Shown: positions 53,055 through 62,555, counted from the stretch's first letter. The stretch: DNA of 64,000 nucleotides from Dehalococcoidia bacterium (GCA_965215425.1 OZ244064.1:2588095-2652094), one strand, 5' to 3'. Program-made: numbers and translations. Notes: a model not told the origin generated them from the sequence alone.

Positions 53055-54056
53055 ATGGTAAACGTTTACTACGACAAGGACGCAGACCTGGCGGCGCTGG
53101 AAGGCAAGACGATCGGCATCGTCGGCTATGGCAGCCAGGGTCATGCCCACGCCCTCAACCTGCGCGACAACGGCCAGAAGGTAATGGTTGGCCTCTACCC
53201 GGGGAGCCGAAGCCGGGCTGCCGCCGCGGCCGAGGGGTTGGAAGTGGCCGACGTACCCCAGGTGGCCGAAGTGGCCGACGTGCTGATGGTGCTGATCCCC
53301 GACCACGTGCAGGGCGATACCTACCGGGAGCAGATTGCCCCCAACCTGGCCCCCGGCAGCGCCCTGATGGTGGCCCATGGCTTCAGCATCCACTACCGGG
53401 AGATTGTTCCACCGGACAACGTGGACGTGATGATGGTGGCGCCCAAGGCCCCCGGCCACCGGATGCGTGAGTTGTTCACCGAGGGAGTCGGCGTCCCCGG
53501 CCTGCTGGCCGTGCATCAGGACGCCACCGGCAACGCCAAGCCGATCGGCCTGGCTTATGCCAAGGGCATCGGCTGCACCGGCGCCGGCGTGCTGGAGACT
53601 ACGATCAAGGACGAAACGGAAAGCGACCTGTTCGGCGAACAGAGTATCCTTTGCGGGGGGGTAACCGCCCTGGTCAACGCCGCCTTTGAGACGTTGGTGG
53701 AAGCCGGATATCCCCAGGAAATCGCCTACTTCGAGTGCCTGCACGAACTGAAAATGATTGTGGATCTGATGTACCAGGGCGGCCACAATTATATGCACTT
53801 CTCGGTCAGCGACACCGCCGAGTACGGCTCCCTCAGCCGGCGGGAGCGCATTATTGATGAGCATGTGCGGGAGAATATGCGGACGGTGCTGCGGGAAATC
53901 CAGGATGGAACCTTTGCCCGGGAGTGGATTACCGAAAACCACGAAGGACGCCCCCGGTTCGGCCCCATGCGGGAGGCCGCCCAAACCGCTCCCATCGAAA
54001 ACATCGGCAAGCAACTGCGGGCGATGATGCCCTGGATGGACCCGAAGGAAGTTTAG
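53055..54056 (+). CDS. ilvC: Ketol-acid reductoisomerase
   Basis: IGIVGYGSQGHAHALNLRDNG, ...GVPGLLAVHQD... and ...EYGS... are present. Confidence 0.93.
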   Translation: MVNVYYDKDADLAALEGKTIGIVGYGSQGHAHALNLRDNGQKVMVGLYPGSRSRAAAAAEGLEVADVPQVAEVADVLMVLIPDHVQGDTYREQIAPNLAPGSALMVAHGFSIHYREIVPPDNVDVMMVAPKAPGHRMRELFTEGVGVPGLLAVHQDATGNAKPIGLAYAKGIGCTGAGVLETTIKDETESDLFGEQSILCGGVTALVNAAFETLVEAGYPQEIAYFECLHELKMIVDLMYQGGHNYMHFSVSDTAEYGSLSRRERIIDEHVRENMRTVLREIQDGTFAREWITENHEGRPRFGPMREAAQTAPIENIGKQLRAMMPWMDPKEV

Positions 54057-54131
54057 GCGGACTCCGTTCCTTTCTCATCCGAAGGGGGTCGGGGGCGAAA
54101 GACACCGGGCGCTGAATCAGGAGGTACAAAT

Positions 54132-54242
54132 ATGATTGCGGAGGTAACTTGCACAGCAGTTCACCATCGCACGCTGGTCTTGGCTGGGCTGGCTGCGGTG
54201 GACTGCGTGATCCTGGCTTCCCTTTCCGTTTCAGTTGGGTAA
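54132..54242 (+). CDS. Candidate 36-aa hydrophobic small ORF (MIAEVTCTAVHHRTLVLAGLAAVDCVILASLSVSVG)
   Basis: It is below the ORF-track cutoff. The ATG at 54132 is preceded by CAGGAGG at a 7-nt spacing. It lies in the 234-nt ilvC-leuA gap. No homology can be assessed here. Confidence 0.3.
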   Translation: MIAEVTCTAVHHRTLVLAGLAAVDCVILASLSVSVG

Positions 54243-54290
54243 CCCCGGCGACTATATTTAATCTAAAGAAATGGAAGGAAAAGGAAGGAT

Positions 54291-55850
54291 ATGGCTAACG
54301 AAAGAGTAAGGTTCCTGGATACCACTCTCCGGGACGGAGAGCAGTCCGCCGGTATTGGCATGACGGTGGACGAGAAGGTCGAAATCGCCAAGCAGTTGGA
54401 ACGGCTGAAAGTGGACATCATCGAGGCCGGCTTTGCCGCTAGTTCTCCCGGGGACTTCCAGGCGGTCAGCACCATTGCTAAAGAGGTGCGTAGCCCGGTA
54501 GTCTGTTCCCTGGCCCGCGCCCACCCCAACGACGTGGACCAGGCCTGGGAAGCCATCAAGGACGCTGAGTCGCCCCGGATCCACGTGTTCCTGTCCTCCT
54601 CGGACATTCACGTGTTGCACCAGCTCCGCAAGAACCGGGAGGAGGTCATCGAGATGGCCGTCAATATGGTGGGACGCGCCGCCGGCTATTGCAGCGACGT
54701 GGAGTTCTCGCCGATGGACGCCACCCGCACTAACCCGGAATATCTCTTTGAAATGCTGGAGGCGGTCATCCGGGCCGGGGCTACCACGGTCAATATCGCC
54801 GATACCGTCGGCTATGCCATCCCCTCGGATTTTGCCCGACTGTTGCGGGAAGTCCAGGAAAAGGTAGCCGGTATCGACAAGGTTACCCTCAGCGTCCACT
54901 GCCACAACGACCTGGGCCTGGCCGTGTCCAACAGCCTGGCCGCCGTAGAGGCCGGCGCCCGTCAGGTGGAGGGCTGCATCAACGGTATCGGGGAGCGGGC
55001 CGGCAATGCTTCGCTGGAAGAGATCATCATGGGTCTGGATACCCGTAAGGACCTGTTCGGCGTGGACTTGAGCGTGGACACCACCCAGCTCTATCCCACC
55101 AGTCGCCTGGTCAGCCGCATCACTGGAATGTCGGTACAGGCCAACAAGGCTATCGTCGGCGAAAACGCTTTCCGTCACGCCTCGGGTATCCACCAGGACG
55201 GGGTACTGAAGGATCGCTCCACCTACGAGGTAATGCAGCCGGAGCGGGTGGGCGTCCCCGGCAACAGCCTGGTGTTGGGTAAGCTCAGCGGCCGGGCCGG
55301 CTTGCAAGCTCGCCTGGAGGCCTTGGGCTACAGCTTGAACCGGGAGGAAATCTCCAATGTCTTCGAGTCCTTCAAAGTGTTGGCGGACAAGAAGCGGGAA
55401 GTTACCGACCGGGACCTGGAGATCCTGATGGATGAGGAGAAGCGGGTTTCCAATGAGGCGGTGAACTACCGCTTGGACCACATCCATTTCTCCAGCGGCG
55501 ACCATGACATTCCCACCGCCACCGTGCGGCTGGTGGACTCGGCCGGCAACGAACTGACCGACGCCTCGACCGGCAACGGCCCGGTGGATGCGGCGTGCAA
55601 GGCTATTGACCGGGTCATTGGCTGTTCCACCCGGCTGGTGGACTTCAACGTCCAATCGGTCAGCGAGGGACTGGATTCCATCGGCACGGTAACCGTTCGC
55701 ATCGAAAATACCGGGCGAACTTTCTTCGGGCGCGGCGCCTCCACTGACATCATCGTCGCCAGCGCCAAGGCCTACCTTAGCGCAGTCAACCGGATGCTGG
55801 CCGCCGACGAGGAAGCCAGCATCCCTGCCGTAGGTACCACGCCGGACTAG
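54291..55850 (+). CDS. leuA: 2-isopropylmalate synthase
   Basis: The start is LDTTLRDGEQSAG, HCHNDLGLAVSNSLAAVEAGA is present, and the C-terminus is a LeuA-dimer regulatory domain. Confidence 0.93.
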   Translation: MANERVRFLDTTLRDGEQSAGIGMTVDEKVEIAKQLERLKVDIIEAGFAASSPGDFQAVSTIAKEVRSPVVCSLARAHPNDVDQAWEAIKDAESPRIHVFLSSSDIHVLHQLRKNREEVIEMAVNMVGRAAGYCSDVEFSPMDATRTNPEYLFEMLEAVIRAGATTVNIADTVGYAIPSDFARLLREVQEKVAGIDKVTLSVHCHNDLGLAVSNSLAAVEAGARQVEGCINGIGERAGNASLEEIIMGLDTRKDLFGVDLSVDTTQLYPTSRLVSRITGMSVQANKAIVGENAFRHASGIHQDGVLKDRSTYEVMQPERVGVPGNSLVLGKLSGRAGLQARLEALGYSLNREEISNVFESFKVLADKKREVTDRDLEILMDEEKRVSNEAVNYRLDHIHFSSGDHDIPTATVRLVDSAGNELTDASTGNGPVDAACKAIDRVIGCSTRLVDFNVQSVSEGLDSIGTVTVRIENTGRTFFGRGASTDIIVASAKAYLSAVNRMLAADEEASIPAVGTTPD

Positions 55851-55888
55851 TTCGGGTTTCGGTAACTGTTCGGCAAGGGTTAGGGGAG

Positions 55889-55922
55889 AAGGGGGCGGAC
55901 GATTTCACACATCCGCCCCCTT
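55889..55922. terminator. Bidirectional hairpin terminator after leuA
   Basis: An 11-bp stem, AAGGGGGCGGA with TCCGCCCCCTT, has a 12-nt loop and is flanked by A/T. Confidence 0.6.
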
Positions 55923-55993
55923 AAATATCCGGCCAACAGCTTTGAGAACTGTCGGGAGAAGGCATACGGCGCCGCCGCCAGCGCACGCGTCGG

Positions 55994-56431
55994 CTATTGC
56001 TCCTTTCCCTTTTCCTTGCGGGTCAGCCGCTCGAACTCAGCCCGGTATTGCGGCGGCAAATGTTCAGCCAAGTTCCGGAGAACTTGCTCTCTTTCAACAA
56101 CATCTTGCTCCTTGTCGGCAAACTCTTGCCGTTGCTCAGCAAGCTGCTGCTCTCGCTCGGCGAGCTCCCGATCCCGTTCGGCAAGCTCCCGCTCTTGGAC
56201 CTCCAGGGTTTGTTGGAGCGCCTCAGCCGCTTCCCGGTCCCGTTGGCGTACTATGCGGGAAAGCACCATAATGTCCAACTCCTCGTAAACAGTGTAGATA
56301 AAGGCCGTCAGCCAAGCGACGGTACTGATGGCAGTGCCACCGGTCAATGCAATCCAGGCGTTGTACCACCAAGGGTAGTCCTCCGGCACCCGGAAAATGA
56401 TAGCCGCTGCGGTTCCCGCCAAAAGGATCAA
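55994..56431 (-). CDS. Small predicted 2-TM protein with an E/R/Q-rich coiled-coil tail (unknown function)
   Basis: The hydrophobic N-terminus is LLAGTAAAIIF...WWYNAWIALTGGTAISTVAWLTAFIYTV, followed by QRDREAAEALQQTLEVQERELAERDRELAEREQQLAEQRQEF. The start is uncertain: TTG at 56431, and the frame stays open about 25 codons further upstream without ATG, GTG or TTG. Confidence 0.55.
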   Translation of the reverse strand: MILLAGTAAAIIFRVPEDYPWWYNAWIALTGGTAISTVAWLTAFIYTVYEELDIMVLSRIVRQRDREAAEALQQTLEVQERELAERDRELAEREQQLAEQRQEFADKEQDVVEREQVLRNLAEHLPPQYRAEFERLTRKEKGKEQ

Positions 56432-56680
56432 TGCCAGAATGTGAGCGGTCAGCTCCGGGTGCTGCTGTACCAGCGAGTTTCGGCTCTGGATAGTTGCCCC
56501 CCCTGTGGCATCAGGCCTGCCGGGTCAGCTTCGTCGTTGTTACAGCTTCCGGCCGGGTATTATTCTATTGTCAACGTCCGGGTTTCGGCAATTGCCGTTG
56601 GTTAAGTCATAGACCGGGCTTTGCCAAACCCTCCGGCTCAGTTCAGAGTCGTTTTCCCAACCCGACACTTTCATTATACG

Positions 56681-57700
56681 CTACACCAACTTCAGCTGAA
56701 ACCCGCCGTTGTCCTCGCCGCCGTTCTTACGGTCCAGGTGCACTGCCGGGTAGCCCAGGGTGCGCAGGTGAGCGGCCAGATTGGGGAAGCCGTTGACGGT
56801 GTAAACTTGTTTGGGCTGAACCTGTTGCACGTAATCTACCAGGTCGCTGAAGTCAGCGTGGTCGCTGTAGGGCAGGCTGGCGTCGCCGAGCCGGCCCCAG
56901 GAGCGTCGTCCCTTGCCACGCCCCCCGGAAGCCCAGCCAGTCAACTCCATGTACCGTTTGCCCAGGTAGCGGTTCAAGGCGCCGTTCAGGCTGCCGTTTT
57001 TCCGTTGCCCCGGCGGACAGACCAGCACCTGCCCCTCGGCCCACTTACCGTTGAAACAGGCATAGCTGCCGGGAAACTCGACTCCGGCTTGCTGATAGAT
57101 TTCGGCAACCTGGTAAATCCCTTCCTCCACCACCAGGTCAAACCCCTCGGCCAGCAGGTAGTACATCAATTCCTGGGCCTTGCCCAGCCGCCAGCCCTGC
57201 ACAATGGGCCGCTCGGCCCGTTCCAGCCAGACCCGCAGAGTGCGGTAGGCGGTCTCCAGCACGTTGTCCTCCGGCGGGAAGGTGTATTCCGGCTTGCCAT
57301 AGGTGGCCTCGATGACCAGCACATCGCACTCCACCGGCGTCAACGGTTCGTTAATCGGACTGGGCTGGGCCTTGAAATCGCCGGTGTAGAGCAGCCGCCG
57401 GCCACTTTTCTTGCTGGTTACCAACGCCTGGGCTGAGCCGAGGCAATGCCCTGCCGGATACAGGGTGAGGGTGTAGCCTTTCCGCTCCAGCGGCTCGCCA
57501 TAATCCAGGGTAATCGGGTCGGCCCGGTTCAGGTAATCCGCCAGCAGCAAGCGGGTGTTGGCGGTAAGGATCGGCCGGCGGTGCCGGGCAGTATGGTCGG
57601 AATGGGCGTGGGAGATAAGGCCCAATTCTTGCTTGCGAAGGGAATCCAGCCACAAATCCAGTTCCGGGAGATAGACGCCCCGGTCAAAAATCACATCCAA
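56681..57700 (-). CDS. MBL-fold (beta-CASP-like) hydrolase resembling ligase-associated DNA-damage-response exonucleases
   Basis: The metallo-beta-lactamase motif is LISHAHSDH, with ...VIEATYG... and the C-terminal ...YSDHADFSDLVDYV...VYTVNG. I prefer the TTG at 57700, preceded by GGGAGGGGGAAGG, because the ORF-track start at 57802 overlaps the divergent promoter. Confidence 0.7.
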   Translation of the reverse strand: MDVIFDRGVYLPELDLWLDSLRKQELGLISHAHSDHTARHRRPILTANTRLLLADYLNRADPITLDYGEPLERKGYTLTLYPAGHCLGSAQALVTSKKSGRRLLYTGDFKAQPSPINEPLTPVECDVLVIEATYGKPEYTFPPEDNVLETAYRTLRVWLERAERPIVQGWRLGKAQELMYYLLAEGFDLVVEEGIYQVAEIYQQAGVEFPGSYACFNGKWAEGQVLVCPPGQRKNGSLNGALNRYLGKRYMELTGWASGGRGKGRRSWGRLGDASLPYSDHADFSDLVDYVQQVQPKQVYTVNGFPNLAAHLRTLGYPAVHLDRKNGGEDNGGFQLKLV

Positions 57701-57808
57701 CCTTCCCCCTCCCAACGCACCCGCAGCCGGGCCGAAATCGGGTACAAGTATAGCACGGGCGGGGTGAGGGCCGGTTGGCAAGTACGTTGAAAATAGGCGC
57801 AATCCCGT

Positions 57809-57837
57809 TTGACACCGCCCGGCCCAATGCCTAGACT
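57809..57837 (+). promoter_or_regulatory. Sigma-70-type promoter (TTGACA-17 nt-TAGACT) for the second molybdoenzyme gene
   Basis: The -35 lies at 57809..57814 and the -10 at 57832..57837. An AGGAGG RBS lies at 57863..57868. Confidence 0.5.
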
Positions 57838-57874
57838 AGGGCCACCAGTTACTGAAAAAATCAGGAGGCCGCCG

Positions 57875-60157
57875 ATGACGACCACCGCCGAAGGCAAATA
57901 CAGCGTATTGGGCACCCGTCCCCCGCGCCATGACGGTTTTGACAAAGTAACCGGGGCCGCCCGGTTCGGCGCTGATATTAACCTGCCCGGAATGTTGCAC
58001 GGCAAGATTCTGCGCAGTCCCCACGCCCACGCCCGTATCCGGACCATTGACACCAGCCGGGCCGAAGCCCTGCCCGGCGTGCTGGCAGTAGCCACCGCGC
58101 AGGACTTCCCCATTGTCCGGGAACGCCCCTCCATCGACTACGAAAACGCGCAGCAGAACCCGCGCATTATCGCCGAGAATATCCTGGCCTACCGCAAAGT
58201 CCTGTACCGGGGCCACGCCGTAGCGGCAGTGGCGGCCACCAATCCCCACGTAGCCGAAGCAGCCCTGGACTTGATTGAGGTTGACTATGAAGTGCTGCCC
58301 GTCGTTCTGGACTTGCACGATGCTCTGAAAGAGGATGCGCCCCTGCTCCACGATGACATGACTACCCGCTTCCGGGTGGAGCGGTTCGGTCCCGGCGATG
58401 ATACCGGCCAGCGTAGCAATATCGCCGGCCATTTGCAGCACAAGTTGGGAGACGTGGAAAAGGGCTTTGCCCAAGCCGACGTGGTAATTGAACGGGAATA
58501 CGAAACTCAAACGGTGCATCAGGGCTACATTGAACCCCACGTGGCTACCGCCCAATGGTCCACCGACGGGCGACTGACCGTCTGGACCAGTACCCAGGGC
58601 GCCTTTGCCGTTCGCGCCACCACCGCCGCCATCCTGCGCTTGCCCGAGTCTATGGTCAAGGTGATACCCATGGAGATTGGCGGCGGCTTTGGCGCTAAAG
58701 GCGTAACCTACCTGGCGCCGGTAACGGCGGCCCTGGCTAAAAAGGCCGGCCGTCCCGTCAAGATTGCCATGAGCCGCAAGGAGGTATTTGAGGGCAGCGG
58801 CCCGGCCTCTGCCACCTTTATGCGGGTCAAGGTTGGCGCTACCCGGGAGGGTAAGATCACGGCCGGACAGGTGTATATGGCCTACGAGGCCGGCGCCTTT
58901 CCCGGCGCCCCGGTAGGCGGCGGCGCTATTACCGGCTTCGGCTCCTACAACATTGAGAATGTCTTGGTGGACGGCTACGATGTGGTCTGCAACAAGCAGA
59001 AAGCCCAGTCCTACCGGGCGCCGGGCCAGCCCCAGGCCAACTTTACCGTAGAGTGCGCCCTGGACGAACTGGCCGAGCAGCTGGGCATTGACCCCTTGGA
59101 ATTGCGCCTGAAGAACGCGGTTAAGGAGGGCGACCGGATGCCCAACGGTGTCCCCCACGCCGTTTTCGGCTGCGTGGAGCTGGAAGAGGCGATGAAAAAC
59201 CACGACCATTACAACGCGCCCCTGGGCGGCCCCAACCGGGGCCGGGGCATAGCTGTTGCCTTCCGGGCCCAGGGCGGGCAGACTTCCTCAGCCACCATCA
59301 ACGTCAACAGCAACGGCACCATCAACCTGATAACCGGCTCGGTGGATATTGGCGGCACCCGTACCGCCATTGCCATGCAGGCCGCCGAGACCCTGGGTCT
59401 GGCTTCGGAGGACGTATTTCCGGCGGTGGGAGATACCGATAGCGTCGGCTATACCGCCAACACCGGGGGCAGTCGCACCGCCTTTGATACTGGCTTGGCC
59501 GCCATCGCCGCCGCCGCGGAGGTCAAGGAGCAGATGAAGCGCCGGGCCGCCTTGCTCTGGGAAGTCGAAGATGAGGACGTGGCCTTTGAAAACGGCGTCT
59601 TTGTCTGTGTCAAAACGGAAGACCGGCTGACTTTCAAGGAACTGGCGGGACGGCTGATGCGTACCGGCGGCCCGGTTACCTGCTCGGCCTCGGCGGCCTC
59701 CACCGGGGTTGGCCCCATCTTCGCCGGCAACATCGTGGACGTGGAAGTGGACCCGGAGACCGGCAAGGTGGATATTCTGCGCTTTACCGCTTTTCTGGAC
59801 GCCGGCCAAGCGGTGCACCCCAGCTTTGTAGAGGGACAAATGCAGGGCGCCACGGTGCAGGGCATCGGCTGGGCGCTGAATGAAGAGTATTTCTATACCC
59901 CGGAAGGGACGATGGCTAACTCCAGTTTCCTTGACTACCGGATGCCCACCACTCTGGACCTGCCGATGATTGACACGGTGATTATCGAAGTCCCCAACCC
60001 CCGCCACCCCTTTGGCCTGCGGGGCGTTGGCGAAGGGCCGATAATCCCGCCCCTGGCGGCGGTAGCCAACGCGGTCTATCACGCCACCGGCGCCCGCATC
60101 CGCAAGTTGCCCATAACTCCGGGCGCGGTGCTGGAGGCTTTGGCGGAAAGGGAGTAA
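57875..60157 (+). CDS. Xanthine dehydrogenase / aldehyde oxidase-family molybdopterin-binding subunit (paralog of 17003..19285)
   Basis: GTRPPRHDGFDKVTGAARFGAD, LRSPHAHARIRTID, HQGYIEPH, GGGFGAKG and GVGEGPIIPPLAAVANAV are all present. It aligns collinearly with the first copy. Confidence 0.9.
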   Translation: MTTTAEGKYSVLGTRPPRHDGFDKVTGAARFGADINLPGMLHGKILRSPHAHARIRTIDTSRAEALPGVLAVATAQDFPIVRERPSIDYENAQQNPRIIAENILAYRKVLYRGHAVAAVAATNPHVAEAALDLIEVDYEVLPVVLDLHDALKEDAPLLHDDMTTRFRVERFGPGDDTGQRSNIAGHLQHKLGDVEKGFAQADVVIEREYETQTVHQGYIEPHVATAQWSTDGRLTVWTSTQGAFAVRATTAAILRLPESMVKVIPMEIGGGFGAKGVTYLAPVTAALAKKAGRPVKIAMSRKEVFEGSGPASATFMRVKVGATREGKITAGQVYMAYEAGAFPGAPVGGGAITGFGSYNIENVLVDGYDVVCNKQKAQSYRAPGQPQANFTVECALDELAEQLGIDPLELRLKNAVKEGDRMPNGVPHAVFGCVELEEAMKNHDHYNAPLGGPNRGRGIAVAFRAQGGQTSSATINVNSNGTINLITGSVDIGGTRTAIAMQAAETLGLASEDVFPAVGDTDSVGYTANTGGSRTAFDTGLAAIAAAAEVKEQMKRRAALLWEVEDEDVAFENGVFVCVKTEDRLTFKELAGRLMRTGGPVTCSASAASTGVGPIFAGNIVDVEVDPETGKVDILRFTAFLDAGQAVHPSFVEGQMQGATVQGIGWALNEEYFYTPEGTMANSSFLDYRMPTTLDLPMIDTVIIEVPNPRHPFGLRGVGEGPIIPPLAAVANAVYHATGARIRKLPITPGAVLEALAERE

Positions 60158-60311
60158 TTTTCACCCGGAACTTCCAAACACCCGGAGACCTTGAGGCGCA
60201 GAGAACCGGGGTGGGAGCCTCTCTGCGCCTCAAGGTCTCCGAGAGGAAACAGCCATTTTGCCGCTGGTGGTACAGTGGGTGCGCTGCGCCTCCGGGTCTC
60301 CGGGTGAAAAA
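60158..60311. repeat. MITE-like palindromic element (about 154 bp) with 12-bp termini TTTTCACCCGGA / TCCGGGTGAAAA
   Basis: The terminal inverted repeats lie at 60158..60169 and 60299..60310, enclosing the 21-bp perfect hairpin. It shares its termini and 3' 21 nt with 36760..36832. Confidence 0.7.
60184..60240. terminator. Perfect 21-bp hairpin between convergent genes (probable bidirectional terminator)
   Basis: GGAGACCTTGAGGCGCAGAGA (60184..60204) pairs with TCTCTGCGCCTCAAGGTCTCC (60220..60240) around a 15-nt loop. Confidence 0.6.
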
Positions 60312-60319
60312 CGCGCTCT

Positions 60320-61207
60320 CTACCCCACCGCCGCCGGTTCCCGCGCCTCCACTTTGGCAATAAACTCCAGCAACTGGGCGGCGTAGAAGGTGGCCTTCAT
60401 ATGGTAGCGGTTGGTGGCGGCGATGCCGGGAAAGGTGCGGTCGTGCTGACCGACGATGGCCCACTCGTCGTCAGTCCAGGCCGAAGGGCGCAGTTCCGAG
60501 TCGGGTATGAGGCGGTGGGCGCTCTCCGCCGCCGATTTGTGGTGCACCTCGTCCGGCGTGTTGCCCTCGAACAGCATTACCGGGCAGCTAATTCCGGCTA
60601 GTTGTCCCTCGGTCAAGTCGCTGACCGGGTTGGGGAGGGAATAGGCCTCCTGCCAACGGCGCATCACCGCGATGAACTCCGCCGGGTCCATGGTGCGCAG
60701 CCTTTCCGCGTTGGCCGGGTTGTCCTGGATGCGCTGGGCGAAGTATTCGGTCTCGGCCACGGCGGCCATACCGCCCTGTGCGGCGGCGTCAATAAACTGG
60801 CCGTAGTAGTTGGGCGCGGTGGCCTCGGCGCTGCGCGGGCCGCCGCTGACCTCCCAAATAAACACGCCTTTGACCACCTCCGGGCGGCGCGCCGCCAAGG
60901 TCAGACTGGTGCGGGAGCCGGCCGAGCCGCCGACGGCATAGGCCGGAGCGGCGTCCAGTTGCAGCAACAGCCCGGCCATCTCCTCGGCCCAAAGGTGCTG
61001 CTCCGAAAGCTCCCCGCCGATAACTACGTCGGACTTGCCGCAGTTGCGCCGGTCGTGGAGAATGACCCGGCAGTTGGCCGAAAGCAACGCCGCAATGGGC
61101 CGCAATCCGTTGGTGTCATTTCGACCGCCGGGGGTCAGTATTACCGTCGGGCCGGTTCCGTAGTCCTCATGATAAAGATTCACCCCATTCACGTTGGCGT
61201 ATGGCAT
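60320..61207 (-). CDS. Alpha/beta-fold hydrolase
   Basis: VNGVNLYHEDYGTGPTVILTPGG is followed by the nucleophile elbow GGSAGS. An AAGGAG RBS is present. Confidence 0.8.
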   Translation of the reverse strand: MPYANVNGVNLYHEDYGTGPTVILTPGGRNDTNGLRPIAALLSANCRVILHDRRNCGKSDVVIGGELSEQHLWAEEMAGLLLQLDAAPAYAVGGSAGSRTSLTLAARRPEVVKGVFIWEVSGGPRSAEATAPNYYGQFIDAAAQGGMAAVAETEYFAQRIQDNPANAERLRTMDPAEFIAVMRRWQEAYSLPNPVSDLTEGQLAGISCPVMLFEGNTPDEVHHKSAAESAHRLIPDSELRPSAWTDDEWAIVGQHDRTFPGIAATNRYHMKATFYAAQLLEFIAKVEAREPAAVG

Positions 61208-61289
61208 ATTTACTGCTCCTTTCCGCTAATGGCCCGGAAAACATTCGCCCCGGTTCTGGCCTGTTGGTGGGTAAACCGGGAAAGGCCAT

Positions 61290-61817
61290 TTAGCTGTTGA
61301 CGTAGGGAACGCCGAACCGTTCCCGGTGGGCGATTTCCGCCATGGGCTTGCGGGGAACGCTGGGGCGGCCCGAAGGCTGCCCGGTTCGGTAACCGTAGGG
61401 CATCAGGGTTATCAGCTCGTGGTCGGCGGGGATTGCCAGCAGTTCCTTAACCGCTCGCTGTTGTTCCTCAATCCGGACGCCCACAAAACAGGTGCCCAGG
61501 CCTTCAGCCCAGGCGACCAACTCCATCTGCTGCAATGCGCGTCCAGCATCCAGTTGGGGACGGGGAGCATCCGGCGCCATAACGATGGCAATGACCAAAG
61601 GCGCCTGCCCGATGAAGGCCCCCTGGGTGGCGATGCCGGCCAGGGCGGCCAGCGTGTCCGGGTCGCTGACCACCACAAAGTGCCAGGGCTGGGAATTGCT
61701 GGAACTGGGCGCCCAGCGTCCGGCGCGGAGAATCTTCCGCACCACCGCCGCTGGCACCGGGTCCGGTTTATAATCCCGCACCGTCCGGCGGCTGCGGATA
61801 CATTCGTAAACTTCCAT
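61290..61817 (-). CDS. Nitroreductase family protein
   Basis: IRSRRTVRDYKPDPVP...ILRAGRWAPSSSNSQPWHFVVV is the classic nitroreductase N-terminal pattern. A GGAGGAAGG RBS is present. Confidence 0.88.
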   Translation of the reverse strand: MEVYECIRSRRTVRDYKPDPVPAAVVRKILRAGRWAPSSSNSQPWHFVVVSDPDTLAALAGIATQGAFIGQAPLVIAIVMAPDAPRPQLDAGRALQQMELVAWAEGLGTCFVGVRIEEQQRAVKELLAIPADHELITLMPYGYRTGQPSGRPSVPRKPMAEIAHRERFGVPYVNS

Positions 61818-62090
61818 TTCCTTCCTCCAGGTATGGGGATGCGTAGTTGCCGGCCGGGTTGCATTATGGCACGGGAAGAGAGGAATGGGTAGTGGGGGGT
61901 ATTCCCGCAGCGGCGCTGCGATGCAGAGTCACGCCGCGAGCAAATAACCGTAACCTCAGTAACCTCGGCGAATCTCTGCTCCGCTGCGTTCTCCGGGTGA
62001 GAAAATCTCCAGACGATAGGTTATAATTGAGGTTATAGTTGGAGAAGCACCCGACGGAATCCCGACCCCATAACAAGACAGAGGTGAAGT

Positions 62091-62555
62091 ATGCCCGCAG
62101 AAATTGGCGACGTTGCGCCGGACTTCAAGCTGCCCTCGGTGAGCGAGGGCGATTTTACCCTGAGCCAGTTCAAAGGCGAGAAGAGGGTAGTCCTCTCCTT
62201 CCATGTCTTTGACTTTACCGCTGGTTGAACCACGCAGGCCACCTCTTTCCGGTCGTATCACGGACGGTTTGAGGAGATGAATGCCCAGGTGCTGGGCATC
62301 AGCTGCGACCACGTTAACGCCCATCGGGCTTGGAGCACGGCCATGGGCGGGCTGCCCTATCCGGAGCTTTCCGACTGGCATCCTAAGGGCCAGGTTACCG
62401 AGGCTTACGGCCTGTGGAACGATGCGCGGGGCGCCGGGACGCGCGCCATAATCATTGTGGACAAGGAAGGCATCGTCCGTTTCCGGGAGACCTACGCTCC
62501 CGGCACACTGCCGGATCCGCTTTACGTCCTGTCCGAACTGGAAAAGCTGGACTGA
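62091..62555 (+). CDS. BCP/PrxQ-type peroxiredoxin with an in-frame TGA (62226..62228) at the peroxidatic-Cys position: candidate selenocysteine enzyme, or else a pseudogene
   Basis: My translation from the ATG at 62091 (GAGGTG RBS) is MPAEIGDVAPDFKLPSVSEGDFTLSQFKGEKRVVLSFHVFDFTAG-TGA-TTQATSFRSYHGRFEEMNAQVLGISCDH.... It continues in frame into ORF 62277..62555, for 154 codons in total. The BCP consensus at that site is DFTPGCTxE. A hairpin lies 14 nt downstream of the TGA. Confidence 0.6.

Noticed and set aside
62226-62228. Alternative genetic code (TGA read as a sense codon genome-wide) as the explanation for the in-frame TGA in the peroxiredoxin.
   Set aside because: TGA clearly functions as a stop elsewhere in the window, for example at the end of ilvB (52416..52418) and at the end of the peroxiredoxin itself. 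Site-specific Sec recoding or a nonsense mutation are the only viable readings.
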